IMG/VR virus record: IMGVR_UViG_3300050145_000015
Location: 1-46,695 of that record
Length of the DNA: 46,695 nt
Strand: one strand, 5' to 3'
Origin: a virus
Taxonomy: Duplodnaviria; Caudoviricetes
Shown: in pieces, positions 16,419 to 26,094 of the stretch
Layout: each line of letters starts with the position of its first letter
Numbering within the stretch: the stretch's first letter is position 1
The notes under the pieces: generated by a model
Databases searched by the model: none
Told to the model about the DNA's origin: nothing
Seen by the model: only the letters and a program-made list of their open reading frames with translations
Made by a program: the position numbers and the translations under genes

Positions 16419-17143
16419 AGACCCCCCAGCGCCTCAAGGCCAGATGCCAGCGCGGCATTGATGGCAGCCACGTCCTGGCCTGCCGTCTCGATGGCCACCT
16501 TCCATTTGCGGCGGGTCGCCTCGATCTCGGGGCCCTTGATGTTTGACCAGTAATCGGACAGGGTGATGATGTTCAGTGCAATGGCCTGCGCATCCATCTC
16601 CAGCGCGATCGCTTCAGCACCGATGAACGGGGGCGGGTTGCCTGTGAAGCCTGCCGCCTGCCACTCCCTGGCCTGCTGCTCCTTGCGCTGGTAGGTCTCA
16701 GACTGGCCGGGCACGCTGGTGATGTACTTCAGGCGGGTTTGGCCGGCCTCGTTGTCGACGGCCTGCAGCGCTCGGGTTTTGGCTTCTTGCCACGTCTCGC
16801 TTTTGGGGAAGACCCAGGCCGCACCATCCCATTGGGCTTGGCCGATGGGCAAGGCCATGGCTGCCGGTTGGGGCGGTGTGTCGTCCGCATCGCTTTGCGC
16901 GCCCTGCCAATCTGGATTGAGCATGAGTGCGGCATAAGCCTGCGGTAGTGCATCACCCCCAGAGAATGGCGCCTCGAAGTCGCGCCACAGTCCGGGCGCC
17001 TGCAATTGCTCGCGTGCAGTCCTGTCGGCGAACGACTCGATGGTGAATTCGATCAAGGCTGCGCCTGCCAGCACCTTGAATTGGCTGATGCGGTGATACG
17101 TCAGCAGGCCCACTGGCGTTTGTTCATTGAAGATCAGTGCCAT
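16415..17143 (-). CDS. tail fibre assembly/chaperone-like protein (242 aa)
   Basis: Coupled to the fibre gene; QWDGAAWV and YITSVPGQSETYQRKEQQA motifs. Confidence 0.6.
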   Translation of the reverse strand: MALIFNEQTPVGLLTYHRISQFKVLAGAALIEFTIESFADRTAREQLQAPGLWRDFEAPFSGGDALPQAYAALMLNPDWQGAQSDADDTPPQPAAMALPIGQAQWDGAAWVFPKSETWQEAKTRALQAVDNEAGQTRLKYITSVPGQSETYQRKEQQAREWQAAGFTGNPPPFIGAEAIALEMDAQAIALNIITLSDYWSNIKGPEIEATRRKWKVAIETAGQDVAAINAALASGLEALGGL

Positions 17144-20100
17144 CAGCGCGCTCCAGTTGGGACAGAGCCAAAACCACGGGTGTCCAGCCAGTTGATCAGT
17201 TGGGCATATCGCTTGTTCGTGACAACTGAGTTGGGGTCGTAGAACTCCAGCAGGATGTAGCCCCCACCACCCCAGCCACCCCAGCCAGCCACACCCACAT
17301 CCGAGTCGATGGCATTGGCTGCGCCGCCGCCACCCCCGGCGCCAGTACCACCATTGCCGCCACCTGATGCCGAATACGATGGGTACAGGGCATAGGTGCC
17401 CCCCCCGCCGCCTGAGCCCTTGAGTGAACTGCCGCCAGCACCGCCATTGAAAGCCGGGCCACTAAAGTACGAATAAGACTGGCCATCGAAATCAGTGCCT
17501 TGCACGACTCCGCCCGTACCACTGCCGCCTTGCCCGCCGCCAATGGAGCCGCCATTGGTTGGCGCACCAGAGTCAGCCCGGCCCATTGATCCACCCTCGC
17601 CGCCATTGCCGCCATTGACGCTTTGGCTCAAGCTGAGCGCCGGGATCGAGACTGCGGCATTTCCGCCATTTCCGCCCCACCCGCCGTTTGTGTATTCAGA
17701 AGTGGATGCGGAGCCTGGTGAGCCCGCCCCACCAAGTGAGATGTTGACAGTCTGCCCAGAGGTCAGCCCCTCCCACTGAAAAACGATGCTGCCACCTGCG
17801 CCACCGCCACCGCCTGATGATGTTGGGTTGCGGTTTGGTGCGCCGCTGGCATAGCCGCCGCCACCGCCACCGCCTGGCGCCTGAAGCGTTGCCCGCAAGG
17901 CAATGCCCGTCCAGCCTGATTTCTTGGCTGGCACTGTGGCGGTGAAGTTGCCTGCCGATGTGTAGGCGGGAAGAACAATGGCGTCGAACACCGAAGGGTC
18001 CACCGTGCCGGCCGCAAGCTGGCCCGAGAAGGTGCCCGTGGCCGCATTGAGCGACCCTGAGAACGTGGCATTGCCTGCTCCGTCCAGCGTGAGGCCTGGC
18101 GTGTTGATCACCAGTTGCCCACTTGATGCGCTGATGCCCCCCGCGGAAAGCAGTGGTGTGCTGCTGCCATTGGTGTAAATCTGAAATGTCGTGCCGTCCC
18201 ACTGCGCCCGGTTGCCACCCGCCGCACCCACTCGCCAAACGTAGTTGGTGCCGCTCAGGCCCTGCCAAAGCCCATTGCCCGCTGAAAAGCTCGAAGCCGC
18301 ACCCATGCGAACCGTCGCGCTGAACTCGCCCGTTGTGGCATACACCGTCCCGCGCACCACCACGTTGTTGAACTCGGCATAGCCATCGGGCCGCACGATC
18401 CACCCGAGTGTGCCGCTGGTGTAGTTCGTGCTCTTGAGGATGCCGCCAATGGTGCCGTTGCCCAGCTTGAGCTGCGCTGCACTGATGTCGGTGGTCTGGA
18501 TCGAGTCGGCCACCAGGGTGCCAAATCTGGCCCACATCGCCGTCAGGTTCGTGATGTAGGCCGAGTCCATGTAGACGCCAGCCGGAACCGTCACGCCGCC
18601 CTCAGTGGTGGCAGATGTGCGAATCACGAAGGGCTGAATGGGTGCCTGCCCCGTGCCACCCACAATGAACGTGTCTGTGCGAAAAACAATCGTGCCCTGC
18701 GCGCCGTCATTGTTTGCAGTCCAGCCGATGGTGTAGCCATTCACGTCCAGCTTGACACCGTACTTGGCGAACAGTTGGCCGGTCTGGCTTGCTCGCGTAG
18801 ATGCCTCAGTCTGCACTGCGGCCGTCATGGCGCCGCCGCCGTCCCGACCTGGCTCGTAGGCCAGCAGTTCGCCCCCCTCGTAGATCGTCACATCATCGAA
18901 CTCAATGGGGCCATTTCGGTTCACCCATCCATCGGATGTTGTGAGGTACAGCCGGCCACCTGATTCAACCGTGCCGGCCTGCATGGTCAGCTTGAAGGCG
19001 TAGCGCTGCCATGCTGTGGTCAGGGCTGGGTTAAGCAAAACCTCTTGCGCCTGTGGCCCGACATTCCAGCGCGTCGCCAGACTCATGCCCACTTGGCCGC
19101 CGCCTGCTTTTGCATAGAGAGCGGCTACATAGGTCTTGCCCGGCTCCCATGGCCTGTTTGCACCCTCGACGACGATCCCTTGCTGGGATTGATTCGCCGG
19201 CCCCGTGAAGTCGATCTTCTGGGCAAAGCCACCCAGGCGCCCCGGCGTACGGCTGGCGGTGTAAGCCATGCCTGAGTTGTTGTAGACAGTGAACCCATCA
19301 GCAAGGCCATCGTTGTTCGAGTCCAATTCAAACGAAGAGTTTGAAACCCGGTTGCCGCTCGCGTTGGCGAAGGTGCTGCGCACCGTGGTGATCAGGCTCG
19401 CATTGGCCGAATCCCCATCAATGCGCGCTTGGGCCTCGGTGGCCACTGCTGCCGCCGTGGCGGCTAGGCGCTTGTCGTCAGCAGCATCCCAGGCCGTGCC
19501 AGACCATCGGTATTGCTTGTTGTTGCCGGTGGTGCTGACTGCTGCTGTGGTTGTTGGAATGTAGCGGCCTGGGCCGCTGCCAAACTCCAACTGCATGCCC
19601 CACACGCGCAAGCCGTTGGTGCCGTCGCCTGTGTATGCCTGCCTGTAACCGGGGGCTGAAGGCTTGACAATGCCGATCCGGTGGATGGGCGCCCCTGGGT
19701 CCGTGATGTTGGCTGTCAGCCAGCAGCGCCACCAGCCATCACCCACGTAGACCATGCCTGCAGTGCCGCCGCCGATCTGCACCGTGGCCGCGCCAGTCAG
19801 AAAGTCAAAGCGGGCGTAATGGTTGTTGCTGCTCGCGCTAAACATGCCGAGCGCACCCATGCGGTCGGTCGCATAGATGGAGCGCATGTAAACCGAGATC
19901 GTGTAGACCCCAGGCCCAGAACCAAACTGCTCGTAGCTATCTACTGCATGCTCGAAGTTGCTGGTGTCCTCGACGATTGCATCACCAGTCTGCGTGCCGT
20001 CTGGCGCAGTGAACGATGGGATGACTTGAGGCACCGCGCGCAACTGAAACGATGTCCAGCCCACGATGTTCTGCGAACGGGCGAACTTGTTGGTGCCCCC

Positions 20101-20865
20101 CTCGTCAATCCACAGATCACCCACCGCCGACGCAGTGGGTACTGCGCGCTGCTTGAACGTCCGCGCCTTGCTTGGGATCAACGCGATGGGCTGGGCCAAC
20201 TCCTGAGCGAGCTGGGCCGCCTGAAGCTGCCCGGTCAGCGAGGCCTTGAGTTGCGCCACATCCTGGCCAGTCTCAACCACAAAGCCATTCACGCCCCCGG
20301 CTGGGTCGGACTCGACGCCATCGACGCTCTCGAACCGAATCCACACGCGCCACTTCACATTGAGGTCTGAGGCGATTGAGGCGATTGACTGAGCACCAGG
20401 CGCTGCCGATACCCTCACTGCATCATTGATCGTGTAGAGCGTGGCGCTGCCTGCCGGCTGCTTGGTGGCGTAGATGTTGGTCTGCTTGTGGCCATGGCCT
20501 GCCGTGTAGATCGGCGCACCCCACTGCACGATGATGCTGGCCAGCGCTCCCGATGCGGTCAAGCCCGTGGGTGTTAGCGGCTTTGTGAGGTCGGGGGGCT
20601 CCAGGCCTTGTCCAGGGTCTCCCTTGTCGCCTTTGGCTCCTTGCACGATGCCAGCAATGGCGCTCATGTCGATGGGGTTGATGTTTCGGCGCTCATCGGC
20701 CAGACCACCACCCACCAAGTCATCCCACAGCACCGCGGCGCGGCCACCATCACCGCGCTTGCCCATCATGCGCTGCAATGCCTCGCGCATGGCATCCAGC
20801 GTGCGCTTGAGTCCCGTGTCAATGTTCGACGGGACGGCTGGGAGGTCTTTTTCCTGATCGCTCAC
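17143..20865 (-). CDS. tail fibre/host-specificity protein (1240 aa)
   Basis: Short collagen-like GAKGDKGDPG, FN3-like segment, two carbohydrate-binding-like beta-sandwich inserts, DUF1983-like KYGVKLDVNGY, glycine-rich C-terminus. Confidence 0.85.
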   Translation of the reverse strand: MSDQEKDLPAVPSNIDTGLKRTLDAMREALQRMMGKRGDGGRAAVLWDDLVGGGLADERRNINPIDMSAIAGIVQGAKGDKGDPGQGLEPPDLTKPLTPTGLTASGALASIIVQWGAPIYTAGHGHKQTNIYATKQPAGSATLYTINDAVRVSAAPGAQSIASIASDLNVKWRVWIRFESVDGVESDPAGGVNGFVVETGQDVAQLKASLTGQLQAAQLAQELAQPIALIPSKARTFKQRAVPTASAVGDLWIDEGGTNKFARSQNIVGWTSFQLRAVPQVIPSFTAPDGTQTGDAIVEDTSNFEHAVDSYEQFGSGPGVYTISVYMRSIYATDRMGALGMFSASSNNHYARFDFLTGAATVQIGGGTAGMVYVGDGWWRCWLTANITDPGAPIHRIGIVKPSAPGYRQAYTGDGTNGLRVWGMQLEFGSGPGRYIPTTTAAVSTTGNNKQYRWSGTAWDAADDKRLAATAAAVATEAQARIDGDSANASLITTVRSTFANASGNRVSNSSFELDSNNDGLADGFTVYNNSGMAYTASRTPGRLGGFAQKIDFTGPANQSQQGIVVEGANRPWEPGKTYVAALYAKAGGGQVGMSLATRWNVGPQAQEVLLNPALTTAWQRYAFKLTMQAGTVESGGRLYLTTSDGWVNRNGPIEFDDVTIYEGGELLAYEPGRDGGGAMTAAVQTEASTRASQTGQLFAKYGVKLDVNGYTIGWTANNDGAQGTIVFRTDTFIVGGTGQAPIQPFVIRTSATTEGGVTVPAGVYMDSAYITNLTAMWARFGTLVADSIQTTDISAAQLKLGNGTIGGILKSTNYTSGTLGWIVRPDGYAEFNNVVVRGTVYATTGEFSATVRMGAASSFSAGNGLWQGLSGTNYVWRVGAAGGNRAQWDGTTFQIYTNGSSTPLLSAGGISASSGQLVINTPGLTLDGAGNATFSGSLNAATGTFSGQLAAGTVDPSVFDAIVLPAYTSAGNFTATVPAKKSGWTGIALRATLQAPGGGGGGGYASGAPNRNPTSSGGGGGAGGSIVFQWEGLTSGQTVNISLGGAGSPGSASTSEYTNGGWGGNGGNAAVSIPALSLSQSVNGGNGGEGGSMGRADSGAPTNGGSIGGGQGGSGTGGVVQGTDFDGQSYSYFSGPAFNGGAGGSSLKGSGGGGGTYALYPSYSASGGGNGGTGAGGGGGAANAIDSDVGVAGWGGWGGGGYILLEFYDPNSVVTNKRYAQLINWLDTRGFGSVPTGAR

Positions 20866-22529
20866 GGCAGCAGCTCCGAATCAGCTTGAGCCACGTGGGC
20901 GCTTACCACGCCTGCGGCGCTGGCGCTCTCCACCTCGACCTGCCAGGCATTGGCCTCGTAGCCACCTGCCAAGCTGTGCACCGTGTCGTCCACGATGGTG
21001 GTGGTGTCCATCGTGATGCCGTGCGCCAGCAGGCGCAGCGTCACCGGGTAGGCGTCGGCGATCACGCGGGCGAAACCCATGTTGCAGCTCGGCGTCCGGG
21101 TCTCCTTGCTACGGAATGTGGCCGTCATGAACGCGGCACCGGCATCCCACTTCTTGATCCCGCCATCTGCGTCCAGCACGAACATGCCGCCCGTCAGCGG
21201 GTCTGTGTACGCCGCCTGGTAGCCCTTGCTCAGGAAGTAGATGCCCGTGGGGTTGCCTGGGTCGATCACCATGCCCTTGCGTGTGCCCGAGCCGTCGTCA
21301 TAGAACACGAACAGCAGGCCCAGGCAGGTTGCACTCACCATGGTCTCGGGCCGCATGGCCTTCCACGCATCAGGATGAATGATCCCGGCCGTCAGGATCT
21401 TCTGGCCATAGTTGCCGATGTAGGCCATGCCATCGGGTGCGGCCCAGGCCACACCATGCCCGAGCGAGATGACCGACTGCACCGAGCGAGCGGCGCCATT
21501 GAAGGGCAGTGCATCGAGGGGCGAATCCTCCAGGCTGGCCGGATCACTGCCGCCAATGACGGTGGGCGTCGTGCCATTGGTCAGCACCAAAAGGCGCTGC
21601 CCCCACACGCCCAGCGCAACGGGCTGGTCTGCGATGGGGATTTCGTAGTCAAGCGGGTATGCGTAGATGGTGTTGGCCACGCAGGGCCGCACGGTCTTGC
21701 CGCTGATCACTGCGGCCATGCCGCCCCACATCTGCGTCAAGCAGGTGGCATCTGATGGGCAAGGTGCCCAGCCACCCAGGACGGTCTGGGTCTTGAGGAT
21801 CTCATCGGACACAGTGGACACCGTCTCGGTCCAGCTCTGGCCGCCGCCCGTGTACGTGATACCTGAGGCGCCCTGACCGTTGACGTAGAAGAACTCGGTC
21901 GCACCCGAAGTGCCCGACTGTGTGCGATAGATCCGCCGGCGGTTGATGCTGTAGTTGCCGCTTGGCGCGGCCTCCAAGCTGGCCAGCGTGATCAGCGCAT
22001 CGGTCTTGCACGTGATCATGACCGGGGGGCTGGGCGCACTTTCCCACCCCAGATCATTGACGAAGGTGGTGACGTAGTAGCGATCTTCGGTTGTGGTGCT
22101 GGTGCCAGCTGCTGCGACGCTGAGGGATGGTCCGTTGACTGGCGCCGGCACACCCAGGGGGCGCGATGCTGCAGGGTATGAGCCCCCTGCAATGGCTTGC
22201 GCACTGTCCGTCCAGGCGGGACCGCCAGCAGCCCCCGTGTAATACGTTCGCTCTTGCGTGTCCTCACGGTCAAAGCCGCGAATGGCGTGCACGACCGTGG
22301 ACCAAGACAACCAGTAGTTCACGTCGCTGGCCGTGCTGCGGCCCATGCGGTGGATCGTCTTGCGCTGCGGGCTCACAGGTACCGTGGCTACCTGCAGAGG
22401 CTGGCGCCATGGGCGCATGTCGCCGCGGCCTGGCTTTTGGTTCACCGAGTTGGCGCCTATGCCATCAGGCAGCTTGATCGCTGGCAGCTGGGTGTTGGCG
22501 CCTAGAAAATCTGTGACGTCAATGCGCAT
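20862..22529 (-). CDS. tail nozzle/tail tubular-like protein (555 aa)
   Basis: Beta-rich; RYYVTTFVNDLGWESAPSP and RRIYRT motifs; position in the tail module. Confidence 0.65.
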   Translation of the reverse strand: MRIDVTDFLGANTQLPAIKLPDGIGANSVNQKPGRGDMRPWRQPLQVATVPVSPQRKTIHRMGRSTASDVNYWLSWSTVVHAIRGFDREDTQERTYYTGAAGGPAWTDSAQAIAGGSYPAASRPLGVPAPVNGPSLSVAAAGTSTTTEDRYYVTTFVNDLGWESAPSPPVMITCKTDALITLASLEAAPSGNYSINRRRIYRTQSGTSGATEFFYVNGQGASGITYTGGGQSWTETVSTVSDEILKTQTVLGGWAPCPSDATCLTQMWGGMAAVISGKTVRPCVANTIYAYPLDYEIPIADQPVALGVWGQRLLVLTNGTTPTVIGGSDPASLEDSPLDALPFNGAARSVQSVISLGHGVAWAAPDGMAYIGNYGQKILTAGIIHPDAWKAMRPETMVSATCLGLLFVFYDDGSGTRKGMVIDPGNPTGIYFLSKGYQAAYTDPLTGGMFVLDADGGIKKWDAGAAFMTATFRSKETRTPSCNMGFARVIADAYPVTLRLLAHGITMDTTTIVDDTVHSLAGGYEANAWQVEVESASAAGVVSAHVAQADSELLP

Positions 22530-22538
22530 GCGTTGGTC

Positions 22539-23225
22539 CTATGTGGGCATCAAGCCAGAGCACTCGCCGGAATCAAGTTTCAGGCTTGACCGCAGCCGCC
22601 TCATCGCGCGTTGGTAAACCTGGCAGATGCGCGCCCCGGTGACGCCTCGCTCTTGCGCGATGTCAGCCAGCGTGCGGTCTTGGTCAATGTGTTGCTCGAC
22701 AATTAAGCGCTCAGTGCTTGGTAGGCGCTCAATGGCCTTGGCCACGTCCAAAAGCATCCGCGCTTGCTCGTGCATCCCGTGCGGCGTAGCTGGGTCCGCC
22801 ACCTCTTGGGCGTCGCTGAGGCTGCAAATGACGCTACCCACCTGAGCCCAGCCGCACTCGTCAAGGCTCAAGCCTGCAGCCTTGGCCAACTCACTCAGCG
22901 TCGGCTCACGCCCCAGGATGTGCGAGAGCCCCACAGAAGCGGCGGCCACTTCGCGCACCTGCTTTCGTTGCTTCCGGCTCATTGTGTCGCTGGCCCGCAG
23001 TGCATCCAGCATCGCGCCGCGCACCCGGTGTGCAGCGAACGTGCCGATGCTGGCGCCTGCCTCACTGTTGAAGTGGTAGCAGGCCTGCCAAAGAGCAATC
23101 ATGCCGACCTGCACCAGATCGTCTAATTCCACATTGGCAGGCACCCTGCCCATCAGATCACTGGCCGCCTTGCGCACCATGGGGGCGTGCGTGCGCAAGA
23201 CGGAGGCGATCTGTTCGGGCGTCAT
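22539..23225 (-). CDS. phage-encoded FliA/WhiG-like (sigma-28 family) RNA polymerase sigma factor (228 aa)
   Basis: Region 2 DDLVQVGMIAL...RVRGAMLDALR; region 3 LGREPTLSELA; region 4 LPSTERLIV...TLADIAQERGVTGARICQ...AMRRLR. Confidence 0.88.
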   Translation of the reverse strand: MTPEQIASVLRTHAPMVRKAASDLMGRVPANVELDDLVQVGMIALWQACYHFNSEAGASIGTFAAHRVRGAMLDALRASDTMSRKQRKQVREVAAASVGLSHILGREPTLSELAKAAGLSLDECGWAQVGSVICSLSDAQEVADPATPHGMHEQARMLLDVAKAIERLPSTERLIVEQHIDQDRTLADIAQERGVTGARICQVYQRAMRRLRSSLKLDSGECSGLMPT

Positions 23226-23674
23226 GGCCTGGACGCCAGGATCTGCCCGACGCTGTCACGCCAGATGGACAACAAGCCCTTGGAAAACGGGCTTTCGGGC
23301 GCGCACATTGGCAATGCCTGCGCAGGTGTCTTTCCCGACTTGTTGATGCATTCCACAGCAGCCAGGGTGCCGGTCCATGTGCCAGCCAGAATGCGAAGCT
23401 GTGGGCCTTTTGCGCTTGGGCACCACGTTGAAAGCCACGCGCCAGAGATGCCACCGCCAACTTGTGTGTTGACGCCAGAGCCACCCATGAGTTTGGGCGT
23501 GCAGGTTGCCACGTTGACTGGGTAGACCGCGCAGCTTTTGGTGGGGCAAGGGGCTGCGGCTGACCCTGCGTAGATGTTGCCAACATCATCTTTGGTCAGA
23601 GCAGGCGTGATGGCCTGAGCACCCGCCCACACGGGCAGGCACAGCAGGGCTATGAGGGGGAGGGGGTGGGTCAT
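23222..23674 (-). CDS. secreted/periplasmic cysteine-containing protein (150 aa)
   Basis: Signal-peptide-like MTHPLPLIALLCLPVWAGAQA; several Cys in the mature part; ATGA overlaps on both sides. Confidence 0.65.
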   Translation of the reverse strand: MTHPLPLIALLCLPVWAGAQAITPALTKDDVGNIYAGSAAAPCPTKSCAVYPVNVATCTPKLMGGSGVNTQVGGGISGAWLSTWCPSAKGPQLRILAGTWTGTLAAVECINKSGKTPAQALPMCAPESPFSKGLLSIWRDSVGQILASRP

Positions 23675-25746
23675 GCCGGTTTGCGCAGCAGGTGGATGCG
23701 GTCGATTTCAAGCACCACGGGAGCGCCCGCAGCCAAGAACGCAAGGCCGATGGTGTTTTGAATGCGCGTCTGCCCCGCGAGAATCTTCAATGGGGCCGAG
23801 ACGATCAAGGCCTGATAGTCCGTCAGGGTGTTCTGCGCAGCAACTGACGACGACTGCGTAGCCCACTGAATCCGTGGCTCAGAGCTATAGCCATCCACCG
23901 CCGCAGTAATACCCTGAAGCACTCCAGCCGTGCCGCCGCTGACCTTAAATTCAGCAGCCAGAATCAAGCTATCGCCAACCGCGCAACCGAGTGCAGTAAG
24001 CGTTTCAGCGTTGTTATTGCCGAGATAGATGGTCAGGGTGTCCGCTCCACCAGGAGTGATCGTGTAGCGCTGGATAAATCGACCTGTCACAGCGTCTGTG
24101 ATCACTTCTGCCACAGCAGTGGTGCGAGCGTTTGATGTCGCAGAGTAGCCAGTGATACAAACGGGGCCGGTCACATTTCCTTTTAGCCCGACATCCGCGC
24201 CGGTCGCCGATTTATAGGACTTCAGGTACGCATGCCCAAGCATTGGCGGTGCAAACACGTTGCCGTATGTTGCGAGTTGATCCAATGCCGTTTTGACGGC
24301 GGGCGCCATGAGCTGACCACCCTTGTCCGCGAAGTGCAGACCGTCGAAAGTCACGCCTGCCAGACTTGCGCCAATGGGCGAGGCTGGGTCCACCATATCC
24401 GGGTATGCGTTCGCAAAAGCAACGCGCCCAGGGTTTGCGGATGCGAGGTCTGCAAGTCCAACGTGCACCGCCTCTTTCACGCTCTTGCGTGTTGCTGTCG
24501 CAAAGTCCGTGCGTTCAGGCGGGATGCTGCAAACAATGGCTTTCTTGCCTGCGGCCAAAATGATATCCGTCAGGGCCGTAATGTCAGAGATGATGGTGGC
24601 GGCTGGGTCACTGACCGTCAGATCATTTGTGCCAGCCATGATGCAAACGATGTCGCACTCAGGCTTGTTGGCGGCAATCGTGACAAGGTTTGTCATGATG
24701 TCTGCGCGGTCACTCTGCGCACCAAAGTTCGCCAGCAGACGCAGCCCGCCGCCGCAGAGACCATTCAACCATCGGAAATAACCAACCGAGTTTGGCTTCA
24801 TGTGCCGGTTGATGGCGGTAGAGGCCCCGACGCCAACCATCGTCGTGGGGTTGCCCGTGTAGGTCGTCTGGTAGGTGAAATTGTTGGCGTCAATCACCGT
24901 GGCAACAAACAGGCCCTCGAACTCTGGATTGGTGCCATTGACCACTGAAAACGGCGTGCCGGCCGTCAGTTGGTGGTTTGTCAGGGGAACGGACACGACG
25001 CCCGCAGCATCACGGGTAAATGTGATGGCGCCGGTATTCGAAAATGATGTGCCGAAATGGGTGATCGAATCGCCCACGATGATGATGCGTGGGTCTGCGA
25101 CTTTGCCCGTCACAAGCGCCTGCACCGCCACCGCAATCGACGTGGCTGGCAGATTCGGCAAGACACCATTGCTCACTGTGAGCTTGACTTGCAGGCCCTT
25201 ACCCGCATCCTCAGCAGCAAGCGTATAGCCCGTCGAGACGGCAGAGCCATCCAGCAACCACGAGTCAAGCGCTGTGACTGGCGCAGGCGTGCCGCTGTAC
25301 GTGCCCAGGGTGTAGGTCTGTGCGCTGATCGTCTGGCCCACCGTAGGCGTGGATGTGACAACAGGGGCAGTGATGAGGCCGGGGGCAACGCCGACGACAA
25401 CTGCAGGCGCAGTCACGCCAGCGGCAGTGCCGGGCGGGTTCAATCCGGTCACATCAACAAACAACTTGCGGCCCTCATCAGCCGACACTTGGGTGTAAGC
25501 GGCAGAAGTGGCGCCGCTGATGGCAACAGAGTTGGCATAGGTCAAATCAGATGCCGAAGCGGAGCGGCGCCACTGGTATGACGCAGTGCCAGTCCAGCCC
25601 GCAGCGATCAGCTTGGTAATGGATGCTGTGAGCGTGCCGCCGACGACAAACGGGCCGGTGATGACGACAGCCCCGCTGATGCCGCCAGACAGCAGAGACT
25701 TGTTGCCCGTGACGATGGCATTTCGCTTGCTGAAGAGTGTGGCCAT
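23671..25746 (-). CDS. Ig-like repeat plus SGNH/GDSL hydrolase protein (691 aa), putative virion-associated esterase/deacetylase
   Basis: SGNH blocks GDSIT, NFGAQSD, GTND and DGLH; two N-terminal Ig-like repeats (YQWRR...GATSAAYT...ADEGR). Confidence 0.82.
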   Translation of the reverse strand: MATLFSKRNAIVTGNKSLLSGGISGAVVITGPFVVGGTLTASITKLIAAGWTGTASYQWRRSASASDLTYANSVAISGATSAAYTQVSADEGRKLFVDVTGLNPPGTAAGVTAPAVVVGVAPGLITAPVVTSTPTVGQTISAQTYTLGTYSGTPAPVTALDSWLLDGSAVSTGYTLAAEDAGKGLQVKLTVSNGVLPNLPATSIAVAVQALVTGKVADPRIIIVGDSITHFGTSFSNTGAITFTRDAAGVVSVPLTNHQLTAGTPFSVVNGTNPEFEGLFVATVIDANNFTYQTTYTGNPTTMVGVGASTAINRHMKPNSVGYFRWLNGLCGGGLRLLANFGAQSDRADIMTNLVTIAANKPECDIVCIMAGTNDLTVSDPAATIISDITALTDIILAAGKKAIVCSIPPERTDFATATRKSVKEAVHVGLADLASANPGRVAFANAYPDMVDPASPIGASLAGVTFDGLHFADKGGQLMAPAVKTALDQLATYGNVFAPPMLGHAYLKSYKSATGADVGLKGNVTGPVCITGYSATSNARTTAVAEVITDAVTGRFIQRYTITPGGADTLTIYLGNNNAETLTALGCAVGDSLILAAEFKVSGGTAGVLQGITAAVDGYSSEPRIQWATQSSSVAAQNTLTDYQALIVSAPLKILAGQTRIQNTIGLAFLAAGAPVVLEIDRIHLLRKPA

Positions 25747-25749
25747 GAC

Positions 25750-26076
25750 TTAGATCCCGGTGCAGGCCGTGGCCAGCTTGACCACCGCACCACCACCGAT
25801 GGCGCTCACCTCGGCGCGCACAAAGGACCAGCCTTGATCCTCTTTCGGCAGCGAGCCGCCGTCATGCGTCAGCACGCTGGTGAGTGACAGCGATGTCAGC
25901 TTGATGCCCACACCCTGGCCGCTGTTGCTCACGTAGATGTCGACCGTGGCCGTGCCCGTGGGTGCTGCAAGCTGCGCATCAAAGCTGTTGAGGTACCCAT
26001 CCGTGGGGTACCACTGTGTCGAGCCCAGAGCCTGGGCGGCATTCACGGCAGTGAGCAGCGTGGGTTTGGATCGCAT
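25750..26076 (-). CDS. putative virion protein (108 aa)
   Basis: Beta-rich ORF with GGAG SD, in the structural operon. Confidence 0.6.
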   Translation of the reverse strand: MRSKPTLLTAVNAAQALGSTQWYPTDGYLNSFDAQLAAPTGTATVDIYVSNSGQGVGIKLTSLSLTSVLTHDGGSLPKEDQGWSFVRAEVSAIGGGAVVKLATACTGI

Positions 26077-26094
26077 GACTTGGATCTCCGAAGG

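Noticed and set aside
17143-18000. Diversity-generating retroelement target in the fibre C-terminus
   Set aside because: No reverse transcriptase and no template/variable repeat pair are visible in the window.
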